Source: Terrimicrobiaceae bacterium (lineage in GTDB: Bacteria; Verrucomicrobiota; Verrucomicrobiia; Chthoniobacterales; Terrimicrobiaceae). Taken from it: DNA of 19,732 nucleotides. Position 1 is the stretch's first letter; the number at the start of each line of letters is the position of its first letter. Both the position numbers and the translations under genes were made by a program. The stretch spans positions 1 through 19,732 of the forward strand of contig JBIIPZ010000046.1 in the NCBI GenBank assembly GCA_044342325.1, in the 5' to 3' direction. The notes below the pieces were generated by a model. The model did not search any database, had not been told where the DNA came from, and worked only from the letters and a program-made list of their open reading frames with translations. Below are positions 17,474-19,732 of the stretch, one piece after another.

Positions 17474-17770
17474 CTACTCCGAAAGCCGGTAGTGCCAATA
17501 GTCCGGATCGCGGCTGTGATGCTTGAAAGCCAGAATGCGAAGGTGATCCGGCCACACGCGGTAATACACCGCAAAAGGGAAACGTGGCATCAGATATCGC
17601 CGCACTCCAGCCTCGATGATGCTCCAACGCTCCGGAGCATCCAAAATCGCCCCCACGGAGAGCTCCACAGCATCGAGAAACTGTCCACCAAGCGAGGGAA
17701 CCCGCCCCTCGTAAAACCGAGCGGACTCGATCAGTTCCGCTTCGGCATCGGGGTGATAAATCAGGCGCAT
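17474..17770 (-). CDS. Type II toxin, RelE/ParE family
   Basis: MRLIYHPDAEAEL..ARFYE...LG..F...RRYLMPRFPFAVYY...ILAFKHHSRDPDYW; overlaps the antitoxin stop codon. Confidence 0.92.
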   Translation of the reverse strand: MRLIYHPDAEAELIESARFYEGRVPSLGGQFLDAVELSVGAILDAPERWSIIEAGVRRYLMPRFPFAVYYRVWPDHLRILAFKHHSRDPDYWHYRLSE

Positions 17771-17991
17771 CCGACAGCGCGCCACGCAGCCCGCATCACC
17801 TCTTCGTGGGTGCGTCCCTGCACCACACCGGAAGAAATCTCATTGTCACGCCGAATAGCCTCTGCCAAAGCGTCACGATCCTTTGCCGCCTCCAGCCCCC
17901 CATCGATGCTCTGCCAGAGAGCTTGGGCGAGGGACACTCGTTCGGAAATTGGCAGCGCCATAGCTTTGATCGTAAGCTGTTGAGTGGACAT
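17761..17991 (-). CDS. Addiction-module antitoxin (TIGR02574-like)
   Basis: ALPISERVSLAQALWQSI...EAIRRDNEISSG.V....EEV; immediately upstream of the RelE/ParE toxin. Confidence 0.9.
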   Translation of the reverse strand: MSTQQLTIKAMALPISERVSLAQALWQSIDGGLEAAKDRDALAEAIRRDNEISSGVVQGRTHEEVMRAAWRAVGCA

Positions 17992-17997
17992 AGTAAA

Positions 17998-18026
17998 AAT
18001 TTAGACTCTCAAGAAACTTCCGTCAA
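17998..18026 (-). promoter_or_regulatory. sigma-70 promoter of the TA operon (leaderless geometry)
   Basis: TTGACG-17 nt-TAAATT, then 6 nt to ATG 17991. Confidence 0.7.
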
Positions 18027-18105
18027 ATAGAACGAGGGAAAGGGAATTGGATCGAAAGTAGTTTTATCAGAGCCGCAGCGGAGCGGTTATCGGTGCCGCT
18101 CGTGA

Positions 18106-18238
18106 CATTGCGGAGGAGCCGGACGAAGATGCGGGGAGGGTGGAGCAGCTTCGCGGACACACGGCATATCACCTTTTCAAAAACAATCAGCGAGGATCAG
18201 CGAATCAGACTTTTCTAGCGGTAGTGTGTCGGCGGAGA
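18106..18238. repeat. Intergenic repeat, copy B
   Basis: Direct diverged repeat of 17226-17358 with shared blocks GGGTGGAGC, CTTCGCG, AAAAACAATC, GCGAGGAT and AGTGTGTCG. Confidence 0.9.
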
Positions 18239-18304
18239 CGGTCGCCAGCAAAGCCAGGCGTCCTTGGCGGCGGGCGGGAATTTCAATCGGGAGCCGCCCA
18301 CGCA

Positions 18305-18877
18305 CTACTTACCAAACCATTTTTTCAAACTGGCACTGAACCATGACACTTCAGATTTAGCATTTATTGCTGCTTGAAGTTCTTTTGCGCGCACTTGCGC
18401 CCTAGAAAGGTCATGAACAGAAAGTGTTTTTTCTAAATTGGCTCGCAGGAATTGAACACCTTCATCGCTATCACTATGAGTTCCCCCTAAAAGAATGTAA
18501 GCGTAAGCTTCAACATCGTCTTTTGTTACGCCCACGCCTTCATTATACGAGAAAGCTAAATGCAATTGCGCATTGACATAACCTTGTTTGGCGGACTTAA
18601 TTAGCCAACTTTTTCTTTCTATATCAGCATCAACACCAACTAAACCAGATTCATAAGAAACACCTAAACAGTATTGAGCTTCTGCATATCCCTGAGATGC
18701 GGCCTTAAAATACCAATTATAAGCCTCCTTATCATTAGATTCTTCATCATAATAGCGTCCTAAAAAGTATTGGGCTCTTGCGTCTCCTTTTTCTGCGGCA
18801 AGGCGAAGCCCATCAACAATCAACTGTCGGCTTGGTCCGTTGAAAGGCGGAAAAGGTGATTTTTCAAATGGAATCAT
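18305..18877 (-). CDS. Sel1-like repeat (TPR) protein
   Basis: Repeats AAEKGDARAQYFLG, AASQGYAEAQYCLG and SAKQGYVNAQLHLA, plus GVTKDDVEAYAY; AT-rich. Confidence 0.9.
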   Translation of the reverse strand: MIPFEKSPFPPFNGPSRQLIVDGLRLAAEKGDARAQYFLGRYYDEESNDKEAYNWYFKAASQGYAEAQYCLGVSYESGLVGVDADIERKSWLIKSAKQGYVNAQLHLAFSYNEGVGVTKDDVEAYAYILLGGTHSDSDEGVQFLRANLEKTLSVHDLSRAQVRAKELQAAINAKSEVSWFSASLKKWFGK

Positions 18878-18948
18878 ATAGTTTTTTAACTTTTGAATTC
18901 CTGTATGGCTTTTGCTTTCTGATTTTTATTTATGTTATTCATTTTTGA

Positions 18949-19575
18949 TCAATAACTAGGATAAAAATATGGTTGCGGATACCCCTGATTGAAAGTGTGG
19001 TTGACATTGCCGTTGACATTTACATTAACTGGCTGAGACATCACTCGCGTTCTGCGATCATAAGCGTTGATCATTTCTTGATTCTGCAAGCTTTGTTGGA
19101 AGTTTGACATTGCAGCCGCCACATTAGCTCGTCTCTGTGCTTCAGCTTGATAAGCTATATTAGCTTGCTGTTGTGCCATCATGGCTTGCTGCTGGGCCAA
19201 TTGCTGCTGCCTTAACTCGAAATCCATCTTTTGAGCAGGCGTAAGGGAGTCCCACATTCTCTTTCGTTCTGCGGCAAGTCTCCTTTGTTCCTTTTCTTGT
19301 TTATCGCGGGCTTTTCTTGCTTCATTTTCGAGCGCAATTCGCGCAGCTTCCCGCTTTTTGTTTTCAATGGCCCAAGCCTCCGTCCATTGCTTGCGCACTA
19401 ACGGAGTAATATCGCCCTTTCTTTCAAATTTTTCATATAGGGCAGGCCATTCGTTGAAAGGCTTTTTGGCAACTTATTTTCTAACGCGCTCAATCTTAGC
19501 TTCAGGCGTGGTCGCGCATCCCGCGAAAATCAAAAGCGAGAGCGCCACAATTGTCAGTCTTCCAAATAAAATCAT
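18949..19575 (-). pseudogene. Lipoprotein gene interrupted by an in-frame TAA (coiled coil and Q/N-rich C-terminus)
   Basis: From ATG 19575 it reads MILFGRLTIVALSLLIFAG|CATTPEAKIERVRK, then TAA at 19474-19476, then continues in the same frame (VAKKPFNEW...) into the 18949..19398 track ORF. Confidence 0.75.
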
Positions 19576-19732
19576 AGCCGAGTTATACGAACCCAAAACC
19601 CACGCAAGGATCAAGTTTATTTACAACGCTACCGCAAATTCAGACATCCTGACCTTCGGGAGGCGTGCACCGCTTTCGAGGAAGCGCAATGAACCGAATT
19701 GAAGGACTTCCTCTCGTGTGCTGATAGTGGGG

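Larger units (their letters stand above)
16954..19732. mobile_element. Putative genomic island / accessory region at the 3' end of tRNA-Thr (right end outside the window)
   Basis: Starts right after the tRNA; cargo is a TA pair, a Sel1 protein and a pseudogene. Hand-counted GC is ~40% at 18661-18720 versus ~70% at 16381-16440 in ribD. No integrase is visible. Confidence 0.55.

Noticed and set aside
17228..17983. 251-aa plus-strand ORF
   Set aside because: Antisense shadow of the toxin-antitoxin pair with no recognisable motif.
17226..18308. Canonical integron attC sites or CRISPR repeats
   Set aside because: There are no RYYYAAC...GTTRRRY boundaries after the stop codons, and the repeats are too long, too diverged and too few for CRISPR.
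19474..19476. Alternative genetic code (TAA reassignment)
   Set aside because: TAA terminates many bona fide genes in the window (e.g. fliW, flgK, flgI, flgG).

Overview
Bacterial chromosome segment, very probably from a Verrucomicrobia member because it carries the PVC-superphylum small basic 'signature' protein. From left to right it holds: the 3' end of a prepilin-type (H-X9-DG family) gene; an 11-gene minus-strand flagellar operon (flgF-flgG-flgA-flgH-flgI-flgJ-flgN-flgK-flgL-fliW-csrA) with a sigma-54 promoter and a palindromic enhancer-like site; a divergent pair of PilT-family ATPases; a secreted hypothetical protein; a YdbH/AsmA-like gene followed by a YnbE-YdbL fusion lipoprotein; the PVC small basic protein; an RluB-like pseudouridine synthase; ribD; and tRNA-Thr(CGT). 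Downstream of the tRNA is an accessory region of co-oriented genes: a RelE/ParE toxin-antitoxin pair, a Sel1-repeat protein, and a Q/N-rich lipoprotein interrupted by a stop codon. Three observations stand out. (i) A ~133-bp, ~77%-identical intergenic repeat follows two accessory genes, and its end pairs with sequence beside each gene's stop codon with a compensatory change, giving a cassette-like architecture without canonical attC triplets. (ii) FlgK and FlgL carry AT-rich inserts resembling beta-repeat modules of phage structural proteins. (iii) Promoter geometry repeatedly suggests leaderless mRNAs. All identities and GC values are hand counts; no searches were run.
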